From Tubiluchus corallicola (taxonomy: Eukaryota; Animalia; Priapulida): DNA of 64,000 bases. The translations under genes and the position numbers were made by a program. Under the pieces are notes generated by a model. The model saw only the letters and a program-made list of their open reading frames with translations. It made no database searches and had not been told where the DNA came from. The DNA is taken from NCBI GenBank assembly GCA_030141605.1, contig JAQGDQ010000092.1, positions 558,001-622,000 of the forward strand, in the 5' to 3' direction. Each line of letters opens with the position of its first letter. Position 1 is the first letter of the stretch. This document shows, piece by piece, positions 51,201-64,000 of the stretch.

Positions 51201-54200
51201 ATCGCTAATCTTATCACAGGAGAGAAGGTATGCATGTGTAATTATCTTCACTAGTTTTCTTGATGGGGTATATATAATTAGGTTATGGGCTCAAAACCAG
51301 TATAGTGCTTTTACCATATTATCTTTTACTGCTGTTGTTTCGCTAGGAATATTGCCTGTCACTGTATGTATTATCATCGTTGTGTGTGTACTTGCAACGT
51401 ATTGATCATAATGCCAAAAAGTTTCAGTAATAATTTTCTTTTGAAGATAACATCTTGGTATAAACCAAATGAGACCTATGATTCAAAATTCACTGTGATA
51501 GGATCGTCGTTTGAAGAGTGTAGAGCAGAATGTGTCGGAATGTACTTATGCCTTTGGGATGATATATTGAAGTAAGATGCTTGGGTTTTTATCTTCATTT
51601 TGTCAATGAAAATTTTCAACGTATTTCTTCATTTGCATTCATATTTATATATATATATGTAGCAATTTGATCTCACGAATTTGTATTATTGCCTATGTGT
51701 TTGCAATGTATTTTTCTTTGTTTATACACTTGCAACGTACTGAAAGCCCAAATCCAGCACTCAGCAGCATAATCTGCTTATTATGTATGCTGTTATCCAA
51801 TTACAAGCCTATATACAAGCCAATAAATGGGGAATGAGGCCAGAAAAGAGACCAACATTTATGGACCAGACATCAGATTTAATGTGTCTACTTTAGCACA
51901 ACTCTGTACCTACATATGCCTGTTTTCAAATTTCTTTTCCTATTTTTGCTACTTTGTTTACCCACTGATTGCTTGTGGTTTTTAAACTCAAGTGGATTGT
52001 TAAAAGTACATAAAGTTTATTTTACACTAGTCGTTTGTTTTTACATCACTAAAGTCAGCATGACATACAGGTGTTTTAATTTATTAACAGGGTATTTGGT
52101 CATGAAGGTCAGCAAGCTGAAGACGTTATATATGTAAATTGGTTGCTTATGGTTCGTGCGGGTTTACTCAGCTTGGAGTTTTATGCACCAAATACCAAGC
52201 AGTGGAAACAGGTTAGTCTCATGAAAATGGAACGTTTTTTGAAAGCTCCATGGTGTTCAGATTATGTTAACAGTACTGTGTGAATTTTGCTCCATTGAAA
52301 TTTTGCATTATGATTATAATACATTTTTCTACTTCTGATACAAAAAGGAAGCTTAAAATTTTGAAAATATCTAGTACGATGATGTGATTTTGTGCACAAT
52401 TTAATGTAATTATTTAGATTTATTTTTTACTGCTTCACTGAAGTCAGTGTGTTACTTCATATGTGCTATTTAAAAGTAACTCATAATGATTCCATTTAAC
52501 TGACTTAATTTTGCAATTTTTCCTATTGACTTAACTCAACATTTAAGAATGTCTGCCAGAAGTAACAACATGTCTAAAAATAGCAATAATTAACTAAGAA
52601 TAGCAAAATCTTCTTGAATCTCATGCAGTTATTTCTTTATTATTAACCGTTATTCTCCGCTAACATTTGTCTTAATAACTCCAAAGCTAGGGTCACGAAG
52701 CTCACAGAGAAAGTGGGCAGCCCTGGGCGGGAGAAGGACAGCAGTATGGTCAAAAGGTGAAGGGCAGTGGGCATCGGCTAGTTTTTACTATTGTAATTAA
52801 ACTTCTTAGGGCTTTAAGTTTTTTCAAATTATTTTCACAAATATTTAGATACTGTGCAGTAGATATGCACAAGGAGTTTTAAAAGGCCAATGTCTGAAGA
52901 GGAGAGAAAATGCAAAATCATGTGTGCCCACTTTTGGGGTGACCTTTGAGACGCTTGAAAATTAAGGACCCAAAACTCACTGGGCGCACTCCCTAGACAA
53001 ACTGAACTTTGTAAACATATTACCTGACACTGTAGGTTCAAAAGTAACAGAATGCGCGGATTTTCATTTATTGTTCGTTATGTTCTATCCATTCTTATAG
53101 TTATGAGCTAGGACCACAATTTTGGGTATGCTGCTAGATTGGATTGTGAACTTGTACATGGCTAAATATAGGACATGTGCACACGGAAAAATTTTTGGGG
53201 GGACAGGAGCACCTTAAGTATTGAGTGACAGTAGCTTGTAGCGTATCAAAATGAAAGGTCTCAATGAGGCAAATCGATTGGTTATAGTTATGTCGAGAAC
53301 AGTTAACCTCTGATCCCATTAGGACAAAATAGGGATTGAGGAGACTAAAGATCAGATGAAAGGTCTCGATGAATCGAATGAAATACGTTGTCAGGATATT
53401 GTTGATCTTTCAATCTTAGGTCATGGGTTGAAAAGTTAGTTTCACTGTAAAATGCAGCTTTTAACTAAATCTTCAGTTTCTGACTACGTCAGAAATATTG
53501 TCAACTACTTATAATTTGTTTTTTGTGCGTGCAATTTAACCTGCAATGAATTGTTTTTTAGGCTCATATGCAAGCTAGATATGCCATATTACAAGTACTG
53601 CTTGCTGCTGGGAAAGAGTTGGTCACCATATCAAAGAGAATTGGTGAAGATGGTCAGCCAGATCTTTTAATGACCCTAGACAAAGATCAAATTCGGACTA
53701 TAGGAAAGGCTGCTATTGGCGACTTTTTACGAAAGATACAGGTATGTCTTCCTCATTCTTGCAGATTTGCTACAGAAACTGAAGAAGCTTTTTTATGTAG
53801 AAAATAGAAGACATTTTTTTGTAAGTGAAGAAAGTATGAGTGTTTTCATTGTCATCACCATTATTTTTGCCACTTTTGTCATTAGGAAACAGGAAAACAT
53901 TTCTAGGGTACAAGAGAGAAACTTTCTGTTACTTATTACCTAGAACTTGCACTTTAAAATATAATCATTTTGTTATAATTTTTCGATTTGATTTAGTATA
54001 AAATGCTTCGAATTTTCTCACAAATTAGTACTCTGTGTTTTTGTGAAAGGTTGCAAAAATGCATTGAGAAAAAACTAAAATAACTGCTTATTGGCAGTAT
54101 TTGCTGTGTTAGAATTTCTTAAGAAAAAAATAGAAGCAAAGAATTTTTTGCATTGCAATTCTTTCTATTGCTCACTTGGTTTTGGTGCTATGATTTATTA

Positions 54201-56218
54201 CAATTAGAAAAAGAGTAAGTCTTCTTGATTTGCAGCCTGCTTGCTTAACCAAGGAGCATTTTTTGCAACAACAATTTTTGTATTAAATATTGTACATAGA
54301 AAGACATATCCTGCTTTAGCTTTGGAGTCATAGCTGCACATTGAAAAGGAGTAACTATTTTACACAGAAACCAGAAAACTGGTATTCTGAAATGCCAAGA
54401 GTAATCATAAAGGTAAAGAGTAACGTTGTATGGAAAATTTCAATATTTTACAGGTGTATAAGTCCATGGGGGATGTGGAAAGTGCTAGAGCAATGTATGA
54501 CAAATATAGTGAAGTCAGTGATGACGGTTCTATTCCATTCCTGTCTTATAGAACTATAGTGATGGAGCGCAAGCAGCCTAGAAAAATGCTTGTTCAACCA
54601 AACACAGTAGTTGAAGGTAGTAATAGCGTTTTTTGTGTATTGTCTGTAAACTTTATATATTGTCTTGTAAACAGAATGCACAGTCAATTTTGAGGAGTCT
54701 TTTTTGACTCTATTAGCTAAGATTAAGTTATCACAACACTCGGTATTGCTTACAATTTAAAATTTAAGACTTTAGCTTGCCCCGTAGCAGCTTTACTAGT
54801 GGTCACACTCATTCACACCTGCTAACTGGGCTCATTGCTGTTAAAATTCAGCATCAAAGCACCCATTTTGACCACTCAGTTCAGCTACCCTCGCCCCTTT
54901 TTAATGAGCGTTAAGTAATAGCAATCACTACGTAAGCATGATCTCAATTTTGCTGTGTTAAAGAACAAGAAAAGAGTTCTGTAAACTAAGTTTCAGAAAA
55001 ATCAGATTTAAAATTTATATCATTTAGTGTCGATCTTTACCACCTTGATACTCACGTTAAGAGCAATTTCCATTTATTTGCATAGATTTTTAAATCTTGC
55101 GGAACTGTCACAGGCTCGCCATTGCATGACTAATGTACAATCGGCTTTAAATTTGTTGTATACTGGGTAGTACATATGGCTAGTTATTTAAACAAAGTTT
55201 ATCAAATTTTTGCGAATTAGAAATGTCCGACATAATAAGAGCACTAAAAAGTTTCTTTATGCACGTCACATGCATTGTAAATATGGTGTTGTTAAATATG
55301 CAAGGGTTAAAATATGACAAATATAAACAAGTGTGTTAATCTGCATGGCTTCGTGCTACATTTTGAGATTGGTCACTTTTCCTTTAAAAGAAAGTGAAAC
55401 CTTTCATTATGAAAATGATAAAATGTAACAAGTACTAGTAAGCGACAAACTAATTTCTACTTCTTATCAAAGCATTCTTTACATTAAAATTGTATATTGC
55501 AATTCGGACTGCTCATCTGTGCAGAAAAATACATTTTCTTCTGTGTCTCTCTCTTTTCTTTCTCTCTTTACTAAACAAGCAGTGTTTACTAGTAGAGTAG
55601 TACACATATATACAACACATTTTACCATTTGCGGGTTTCTTTACAAAGTGCAGGCCTTCTAACCAATATCAGAAAGTCAATAAATGTTACTAGCAAGAGT
55701 ACCAGACCCACTTTACATAGTTATGTAACTATTAGCAACATGCTTTGACTCCTAAGTTATTCATTGCATTTGCATGTACTTAAAGATTTGCTTGGCGCAT
55801 AGGTGATGTCATGTAATGGTGCCCCCGAGATAGTATTGCGGGAGTATTTAAAATGAAAACAAACAGGAATTTCTTTTAACACAAGTATCATGTATGCTTA
55901 AGATTGTTACTAAACTATATAAATCTTCAAGCTATTTTTTCTGAAGCTTAGTTTAAAAAACACTTTTCTTAGCCTTTAAATCACTGATAAGTTAAGCAAT
56001 TGCCAGAGGCCATGTCAAAGAAACTATACCATGCAGAGCTGTGTGTTACAGACAAATGAACATATTTTTATATAGGAAATGATGAAGCTGTAAAATTGAC
56101 AGAATATGAATCAAGTCCCGAGGGTCTCATCCAGTCATTTGCTGAGCGCTTTCCAAATGCTGACGTCGAAGAAGCAATTTTCTCACTGTGGGAGAAAGAT
56201 CACAGTCATTTTTCTTAG
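39255..56218 (+). CDS. DPP3: Dipeptidyl peptidase III (M49 zinc metallopeptidase), 17 coding exons, ~725 aa
   Basis: Exons 39255-39404, 39985-40107, 41906-41995, 42664-42798, 43506-43580, 44246-44336, 44825-44958, 45678-45808, 47509-47567, 48834-49028, 50200-50306, 51072-51227, 51447-51571, 52091-52211, 53562-53741, 54454-54616 and 56076-56218 join in frame. Motifs: [50 protein letters not shown] and QAHMQAR. Confidence 0.97.
43233..43344. repeat. Tandem duplication, ~71-bp period (DPP3 intron)
   Basis: ATATTGGTTAATCAG...TTTTACTTGTTTTxTGTGTTTT occurs twice. Confidence 0.75.
47784..48112. mobile_element. hAT-family MITE in a DPP3 intron
   Basis: Perfect 12-bp TIR CAGGGCCGGATT / AATCCGGCCCTG and perfect 8-bp TSD GTCAGAAC. 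Confidence 0.92.
50526..50628. repeat. ~100-nt hairpin in a DPP3 intron
   Basis: AAAATTATTACAATCCCAAACAAATTTCATA matches the reverse complement of TATGAAACTTGTTTCGGATTGTAATAATTTT at 29/31 positions. Confidence 0.8.
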
Positions 56219-59161
56219 TAATGCCTGTTATGCAGCTGCCTGTGAAGTATTTGCTTTTCTAATGTTTTACTGTTTTCATCAATATTTATAATCGGATTGG
56301 ATATGAGTACTATACGATAAACAGCATGTCTAATGTTGCCTATTAAACAGCATCGTTGCTCAGGTTAAAGTACTGAAACTTTATTTATTTGTATTATTGT
56401 AGTTTGCTTGTTTGCTAGTTAAATAGACTGAGTTTGAAATTTGAAAATTTGAAATTTAAATGTTCCTGGTCATAAGATCGTTGTTAGGATTGTAACATCA
56501 AATTTTTTAAAGTAAAATGAAATTCATCAATTGCAACTCACTATAATGAGAAATCAGTGTCAGATATTTCATTATTTCAGGTATCCGGTTACTTTTCATT
56601 ACATCCTGAGCTACAATATGACAAGTTTTATTTTATTTTAGCAATTGTGACAGTACTGATGACGGATGATGATATTATGACTAAAACATTTACTGAGTTT
56701 CTTCCTTTGAGCCTCAATAAATATATTTTTAATAATCTGTAAATTGGCTTCTTGCTTGAATAAAGTCACAAGATTTAGTTTGCCTATTGATTATTACTAC
56801 ATCTGGTTTGATCTATTGGTTGTTTTGATTGATTACATGGCATGATTGATATAGCTCCCTGGAACTTTAATTAAGCTTAAATCTGACAATGTATAATTAA
56901 TTTTATAGCCAATTTCTAAAGAATTTATGTGGCCAGACAGTTTCAGTAAAAAAATTAAGAGTGGCAATAAAGTTTGTTGCCACTGCTGTGCTGTATATAT
57001 TCTGTTGATGTTAGCTTGGGTACTTACATGTAAACTGTAAGATAAAAAGTTAATGTTTTTGCAAAAAAATGTTACAAAAAAACAACAACTTATTGCACAT
57101 TATTTCATAATTTTGCGAGTTTGGTGATAGAGGCAACTGTAATTTAACGGCCTGTTTTGACCTGAAACTTTTCACGTAAAAAACAGAAATCTTTCATTTG
57201 TTAATTATTTTTCTACTTGTTTGGTTTCCGTATTGTTTGAAAAATACATGTAAGCAAATAAAATTCACCTTTGTTAAATTAATAATACGCATTGTTTTTA
57301 TAAAAAGAATGAGAATGTTTGGTAAATTTGCAAGTTATTACAATTACTAATTCATAAAAATTGATAAAATAAATATTAATTATAATAGTTGTTGCTGGAG
57401 TGGCTATTATTATTATTATCATTCTCGTTATTAGTATTATGAAAATGTTTCATTGGATTAAAAATATTAGCCACTCAGTGTTTTGTAACTCTGTATAGGA
57501 CATTGCGAGTGCATCTGCATGTGCTGACTATATGGGCTATAACATCAAGCCTAATGAATATCACATTGTCTGTCTATATTAATAAATAATATTATGACGT
57601 TTAATTATGTCAAGTTTAAAACGGGACAACAAGCTGAGATTTTGCCGCCACCTCAAACTTCATTCACTTGCCCACTATAATGAAATCAGAAGGTTGTGCG
57701 AAAATAAACTCTCCAACCTGCGTTTCTCAAAAAAAATTCACTTACAAAAACTACTTGAATAGCAAAGTGCTATTTATCTTGGCGTCTTACAGAAATCACA
57801 AAAATGATGTTAATCTGTTTGGAGAATTTCTCCACAAAGGCAACAAAAATTTCACAAAAACAAATAGTGACTGACACAAGTATGTAGGTAATAAAAACGT
57901 GAAACCCAAAAGTTAAGTCAAATTACCATACTTTTATGCAAGTTCCCTTTTCTGTTTTAGGCTATATTAAGTGAAATTATTATTTTATATATTTTTATGT
58001 CTAATATGCATTATATCATTAATTTGCATATCTATATTACTTAAATAACATATATGTTTGACAAAATAATGTTTTTAAATCATTTCTGTTAGATATTGCA
58101 CAATTAAATACTTTAATGTTTTAATTTCAGCTAATATGTGTCGTCTACAGAAACATATTTACCACAAGCTTGAGCTATATAGCTCGCTTGTATAATTTTT
58201 TTGTCCGACATTGTTTTTTGTAATTAATACCTACACAAATTTAATATTATGTTATATTCACCAGCAGCTGAATTCACATTAAATTTTTGCCATCATAAAA
58301 ATAGAGCAGGTTTTTTACTGCTTTGCTACTTGTACAATAAGTCAGACTCATGTGAACCAAGATAATAACTTCTAGCAGTAGCTTCCTGTAATAATATTTT
58401 AAGACTCTACTTTGTACTGTGTTTCTAAAGCTCCTAATGACTTGTAATGTAATTTTCGTATTAAGCATTCTGCAATTCTATTTTTTCTTGTGTCTTTGAC
58501 TGATGTGTTTTTAGTAATTCTTGTTAAATGGCATTCACCTGGCATTCAGAATGCGTATGCGTTATCCACCTACTGAATAGTTGCGTATAAAAAATCAGTA
58601 GCAAATGGCTGCAGAAAAAATAACACATAACGAATGTCTGATTAACGGTGCACTGAAAACAATATAAACTTAATTTGTCTATTCCGCAGCCGCACTCCGA
58701 ATATGTTAGGTAAATGCCACTTTAGACGTAGAATTTGTCAAATCTACTCCGTAACTACTATTGTGTGTGTGTTTGCGCAATAAAATTGAATTGAATTGAA
58801 TAAAAATTTTGTGAACGGCGCGAATGGTGACGCCTCTGTCGCGGTAAACGTGTAGGTGAAATTCTTTGTTTGCCGGCATTTAATTTTTAGTAACGATTGG
58901 ATTTTGCAGAAATTGTTTACATTATTAAGGCGGATTTCACCTGTATAACGATAAGTAATATCATTCAGTCAGTTTATCATAATAGTTATATTATTTCGTT
59001 ACAACTTGATAATTACGTTTGTGATTATGACAGTGTTTTTCTGTTTTCAGCGTGTGCGTTAATGTTAGAGCCTAGTTCTTTACAAGGTAGTACGAAGACA
59101 TCATTTTACAAGTTAAAAAACAAAAAATAAATTTATATATTTTGTGTTTCAGGCTTTAGTC

Positions 59162-62100
59162 ATGAGTCAGAGTCAGAACTGTCGTCTTTTCGTTGGTGGA
59201 CTTAAAGAACAAATCGGCAAAGAAGATATTGAAAGAGAATTCGGTCATTTTGGGCGTATCCGTGATATATGGCTAGCACACGATCCGCCAGGCTTCGCTT
59301 TCGTCGAATTCACGGATGAAACTGATGCGCATGAGTGTATTAAAGGCCTGAATGGGCAGAAGATCATGGGTTGTCAAATTCGTGTCGAAATTTCTAAAGG
59401 TCGGCCACGAGAAGGTGGTGGTGGTCGTGGAGGTCGTGGGGGTGGGGGTCGAGGGTTTGGTCGTGGTGGTGGTGGCAGGGGCAGGGGTGGGAGGGGTGGT
59501 GGAAGAGATTTTGGCGGTCGTGACAGGTACCCGCCTGCTCGAGATTACGCACCTCAGACAAGATCTTACGCGGACGATTATTATAGAGACGATTATCCAC
59601 CGCCACCTAGAGAAAGAGCGTATATTAGAGCGTATGATAATGGGTGGGCAGATCGCCGCACGCCTCCAATAGGCTATCGAAGTCGTTCACCGGTCACACG
59701 CAGGTATATAGCAAGATGATATGTAACCTTGTAGCTTCACACCAGTATCGCACACTTGAATTATATTAGCTGTTAGCGTATTGCTATTCCTTGCTTTCAT
59801 CGCTGTTTAATCAAATTTTTTCTGTAGCCTGGGACGATCAAGCACCATGAAATATGCTTGACTGTTATTTACTAGTAATGCTTAATTTTTCTTTCAGGAA
59901 CAGTGTGCATGATACAGCAGTCGCATTTAGCTTTATAATGATTCCGCGTCAGTCGATTGAAAGTTGAAATTCATTCTGTACTCGGGATCCTAATTTTGGT
60001 TAACGCAATATTAATTTCGCTGGTATAACACATGCTCCCGCTAGTGAAATGAAATTCTGGAAAAGGAGATTCCTAATTTTTCATTTACTTCGCTAATTGA
60101 TCATTTTTATTACAGGAATTATTGGTGTCTTGTGGCATTAAAAACGAGTTTCAGTGTCATGCCACATCGTCGAGTCTATATTGTAATCCGTTATATAAAA
60201 TTCTGACAAACAATTTATAGTGAATTACTACTGAAAATGTTACTTAAGGTGGAAGTATATACGTCGCATGCTTCTATTTCTTCGTATTTTATTGATTGGG
60301 TGCTATCCATATTGCGCTGTCTCACTTAATTTCACTGTTCGCTCGTAAAATGTTGTAGCTGGTGGGCCAATTGGTATTTATGAAAATGGCTAATACACAT
60401 CTATTGTAGATTTGCAGTCTCTTGACTGCACTGAGTCAAAATTCCTCGCTTGCTGAAAATTGTGGTTACTTACATTATTGTAACATCGCTACAATTGTAA
60501 CGTATTTGCAAAAGTTTGCAAATTTGAATCGCACCCTCACTCACTATATGTCGTATATATCGCATAGCTTATATTTTTCGCGACAACCCCTGGCTCAATC
60601 TGGTTCCTCGGCTACTGAAGTCTTCTAAATGGAGCTTGAGTTATGGCTACAATTGTAACGTATTTGCAAAAGTTTGCAAATTTGAATCGCACCCTGACTC
60701 ACTATATGTCGTATATATCGCACAGCTTATATTTTTCGCTATGACAACCCCTGGCTCACTCTGGTTCCTCGGCTACTGAAGTCTTCTGAATGGACCTTGA
60801 GTTGGGGCTACAACTGTAACGTATTTGCAAAAGTTTGCAAATTTGAATCGCACCCTTTCACTCACTATATGTCGTATATGTCGCACGGCTTATATTTTTC
60901 GCTATGACAACCCCTGGCTCACTCTGGTTCCTCGGCTACTGAAGTCTTCAGAATGGACCTTGGGTTATTCGTGCTGTTGTTAGGAGGTTTGGAAACTTGT
61001 AGTATTTTAACACTTGTTTTTTAAGATGTTAATGAAATTTTGATATTATATGTTAAGCATCTTGTCTAAGTATTTATTTATTCATGTAGTTGTACAACAC
61101 TTGTTTTTTGATGGCATAGTTTATTATTTATTGTATAACTACTGGAAGTATGTCCTTTATTAGTTATTTTTGCAATTTTTTTAGGCTTTAAACAATGAAA
61201 GCTTCAATTGTGCCCACAAATATAAGTTTACATATTTTGTTTAAGGTATATACTAATTCTTTCTCAACTGCCAGGTAATATGCTACACTCTAGTTTCCAC
61301 CTTGATTTATTTTTTCAGAACACCACCACGTATGATACCACCTTCTCGAGGGCGAGATGCTGATTATCCGCCACCTACAAGAATTCCTCGAGATTATCCT
61401 CCTGCACCTCGGGAGTACGCCATACCCCCAAGAGGAGAATATGCTGCAGTTCGTTCATATAACCGAGAATATGCAGCTGCTCCACCTCGTAGAGAGTATG
61501 CTGCTGCGCCTAGCAGGTATGCAATATGATCCTACTTATTTATGTAATATGGAAACTTCAAAGAGATTACTCATGATATTACAGTCGTCATATTTTATGT
61601 GCGCAATCATGCGTCACATTTTTTCCGTTATGCAAAGGTGTGTACCGAAGGAACATATTTATCAAACGAACCAAAGCCGATTATTTTATGCTTGGGTGTT
61701 GCTGAATCAAAACTAAACTGGATAATAGTACGTTGTACTGAACCGAATTCCGAATTAAATATCAAGTTAAAGTAAAACACTTATATGGAAGGTTTACCGG
61801 ACCGGATTTTTATACATATGTTCATGAAAAAAATTCTGTGATCTGAATATTCGGTGTATCACTAATATGTATTTCACTTTATGTGAGGAAAGGTGAATGT
61901 GTATCTAGAAACAGAATAACCTTACTGCATGTTAACCTCGGTATACCATTTTGTGGATGAACGTGTATGCAGTCTTTTTTCAGTGTTTGTCTAGTATGTG
62001 CATGTGCAAGTACTCATCCAAACTGGACCAAACAGACCGAACTATTTTGTGCTCGCTTACACTAAGATATAAATATGCATTAAAAAATTGCAGGTTATGT

Positions 62101-63277
62101 TGAGGTGTACGATCGTGTTTGACTTCTTTGGGCTCATAATTTTGTAGCCAGAAGCATTAATAATAGTGCTCCTGGTTGCTAAGTAAATTTGATGTATTTT
62201 TGGTATTCAGCGAAATTAACCATAAATAGGTGTTTTTTGAACTCTTTGCATACTTATTATTACAAGTAACTCTACACACAAATTAATAGAAAGAAACAAA
62301 AATATATTAGAATTGTTTGCTTGTGTTTACAAGTGCTGCTATGTTTCTAATGTGGGATGTATCTTGGATATCTCTCACTGACAAAAATTAGTGTTGCCCA
62401 TGGATATGGTGTAAAATTTGGCATGTAATGTTCTCAAATATTTCTCTGTTATCAATCATTTTTCTTCTCTATGATTTAAAAATTATATACATAGTGTAAT
62501 TATCAAACTTATCTTCAAATGTTGCCCGTACGGTTGGGTACGAGTGTTCGTCAGATGGAAAGGAGAGAGGCAGTTTACTAAAATTTAATACCGGTGTAAA
62601 TTCTGTGCTAAATATAGTCAAAAGATTATTGCTGACAAATTGTGGGAAAAATGTTCTTGTTAATGTAATGATGAAATGTCATAAGTTGAAATAATGTATT
62701 GTCAACAAAAAGGAATGATGGTACAAATTTCGTGTGTGCTGGGGGTGCTGATACAAACACAGACAGTTTTGAGTGTTAATTATTGAGTGAATAATTGACT
62801 TTCAACTATAATGGAACTGAACTGACTATTTTTAGATGAAAATTGGATATTAGCTAATTTTAGATAAAAAGATGCTGAAAATACATTTTGTATTTTAAAA
62901 AAATTGTGGAATTGTAATAATTTTTTATAAATCCATAATTTTGTAAAATTTAGTATAAATAAGGCAAATTTCCATTGCAGTATTGCTTTTGCAAATCGTC
63001 TTTTTTGGTTTGGGTTTGAGGCATTTTGAATAGTTAGTGGAGTGAAAGACTCCTTTCTGAAAAGTCTTGCTTATTTTGGATCTCTCTCAAGAGTTGTTTT
63101 TACTACTTTTGTTATTGTTAGTTATACTGTTAAATTGCTTAAACTTTAAAGGAAATCTGCAACTCATTATTGAAATATAAGTGCAAAATTTAATTTGCAC
63201 TTTGCATTTTTTACAGTGCTTATGCCAGTGCATACAGAAGCAGATCGCCGCCGCCTCAAGCATTACGTCGCTACTGA
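59162..63277 (+). CDS. Rsf1: Rsf1-like RRM + RGG splicing regulator (SRSF3/7-related RRM), 3 coding exons, ~266 aa
   Basis: Exons 59162-59703, 61319-61516 and 63217-63277 with phase-2 junctions. RRM with LFVGGL and PPGFAFVEF, then RVEISKGRPR, an RGG box, RDY/REY-Pro repeats and YRSRSP, ending ...RRY*. RVEISKGRPR and RSRSPV recall Drosophila Rsf1 (from memory, not searched). Confidence 0.82.
60488..60968. repeat. Tandem repeat, 3 x ~160 bp, in an Rsf1-like intron
   Basis: Unit GCTACAATTGTAACGTATTTGCAAAAGTTTGCAAATTTGAATCGCACCC... starts at 60488, 60646 and 60807 with high identity. Confidence 0.95.
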
Positions 63278-64000
63278 ACCATTTCAAGTCTCACTTGTTG
63301 TTTTCCATCCTAACCTTTCACACATGCTTTAAAGTTGAGAGCTTTAATGTATTTAATGACCCCATTAAGTTATGAAAAGCATGTGACTTCTACTTGCATT
63401 ACGATAGACACAATTTTTAGTCACTAAAATTTCCAGTAGTTTAATATTAATATATAGCTTCCATAGTTTTACTGTTATGTTGATCAATGTATTGTAAGAC
63501 ATTTTTTGTAAAAATTTGTGTTTGAAAAAACGTATTTTAAGTTACTATGGAAGAATCGATGCCATGTTGCCCCCTGTAATCCTGTTTCTTTTAAGATCAT
63601 TACTTTCGACGTTCTTTTAAAATGTAAATATGTAGTTTTTTCATGTTTGTGATTCTATGTATTTCTTTATTCAAGTAAATTTTAATGAACTGATAACATC
63701 GTTAACCCTGGTGAGGCATGCAATTTGACATGTTTCGAACAACTGTAAACAATTACTGACTACCTGAGGCAGAGTATTTTTTCAAGTTCGTTTAATTTTT
63801 TTACGTAAATTGTAACAAAACTGCCTTTGTGGAACATGTTTTTATAACGAGAGCTTAGTCAAATTGTGAAACAAAATGAGATTAATTATAGTTTTGTGGC
63901 TTTTTTAAGCGATTTTAGCAATGTATTGAATTACATCAGTCTTGCACTGTAAACTGGAAAAAAGTGCAGGTTAAATTTTTGTGAATTCAAGCTTTACTGC

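Noticed and set aside
53240-53400. Two ATCAxATGAAAGGTCTC motifs suggesting a MITE
   Set aside because: TIRs or a TSD could not be defined, so no boundaries can be supported.
59352-59672. Overlapping Val-rich ORF and antisense His-rich ORF
   Set aside because: These are alternative-frame shadows of the Gly/Arg low-complexity coding region.
60488-60968. Repeat array as a CRISPR locus
   Set aside because: The units are contiguous ~160-bp copies with no unique spacers, there are no cas genes, and the context is a eukaryotic intron.

Overview
AT-rich, intron-rich eukaryotic DNA, most likely from a protostome invertebrate. It is not prokaryotic, and most short ORFs in the track are noise. Three spliced genes lie on the + strand. 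(1) An inositol-1,4,5-trisphosphate 3-kinase (ITPK/IP3K2-like) with a 7-exon catalytic core (25295-31953). The core is preceded by ~20 kb holding several candidate alternative first coding exons, all ending in phase-0 donors, and one core intron is a clear minor-spliceosome (U12) GT-AG intron. (2) A complete 17-coding-exon dipeptidyl peptidase III (39255-56218). (3) An Rsf1-like RRM/RGG splicing regulator (59162-63277) with a possible poison exon. Between ITPK and DPP3 is a transposon cluster: a hAT MITE, then a TTAA-flanked piggyBac-type element interrupted by a 5'-truncated CR1/L2 LINE. Other MITEs, a Penelope-like remnant, fold-back hairpins and local tandem duplications lie in introns. All exon structures were assembled by eye from splice signals and reading frames, with no transcript data or database searches.
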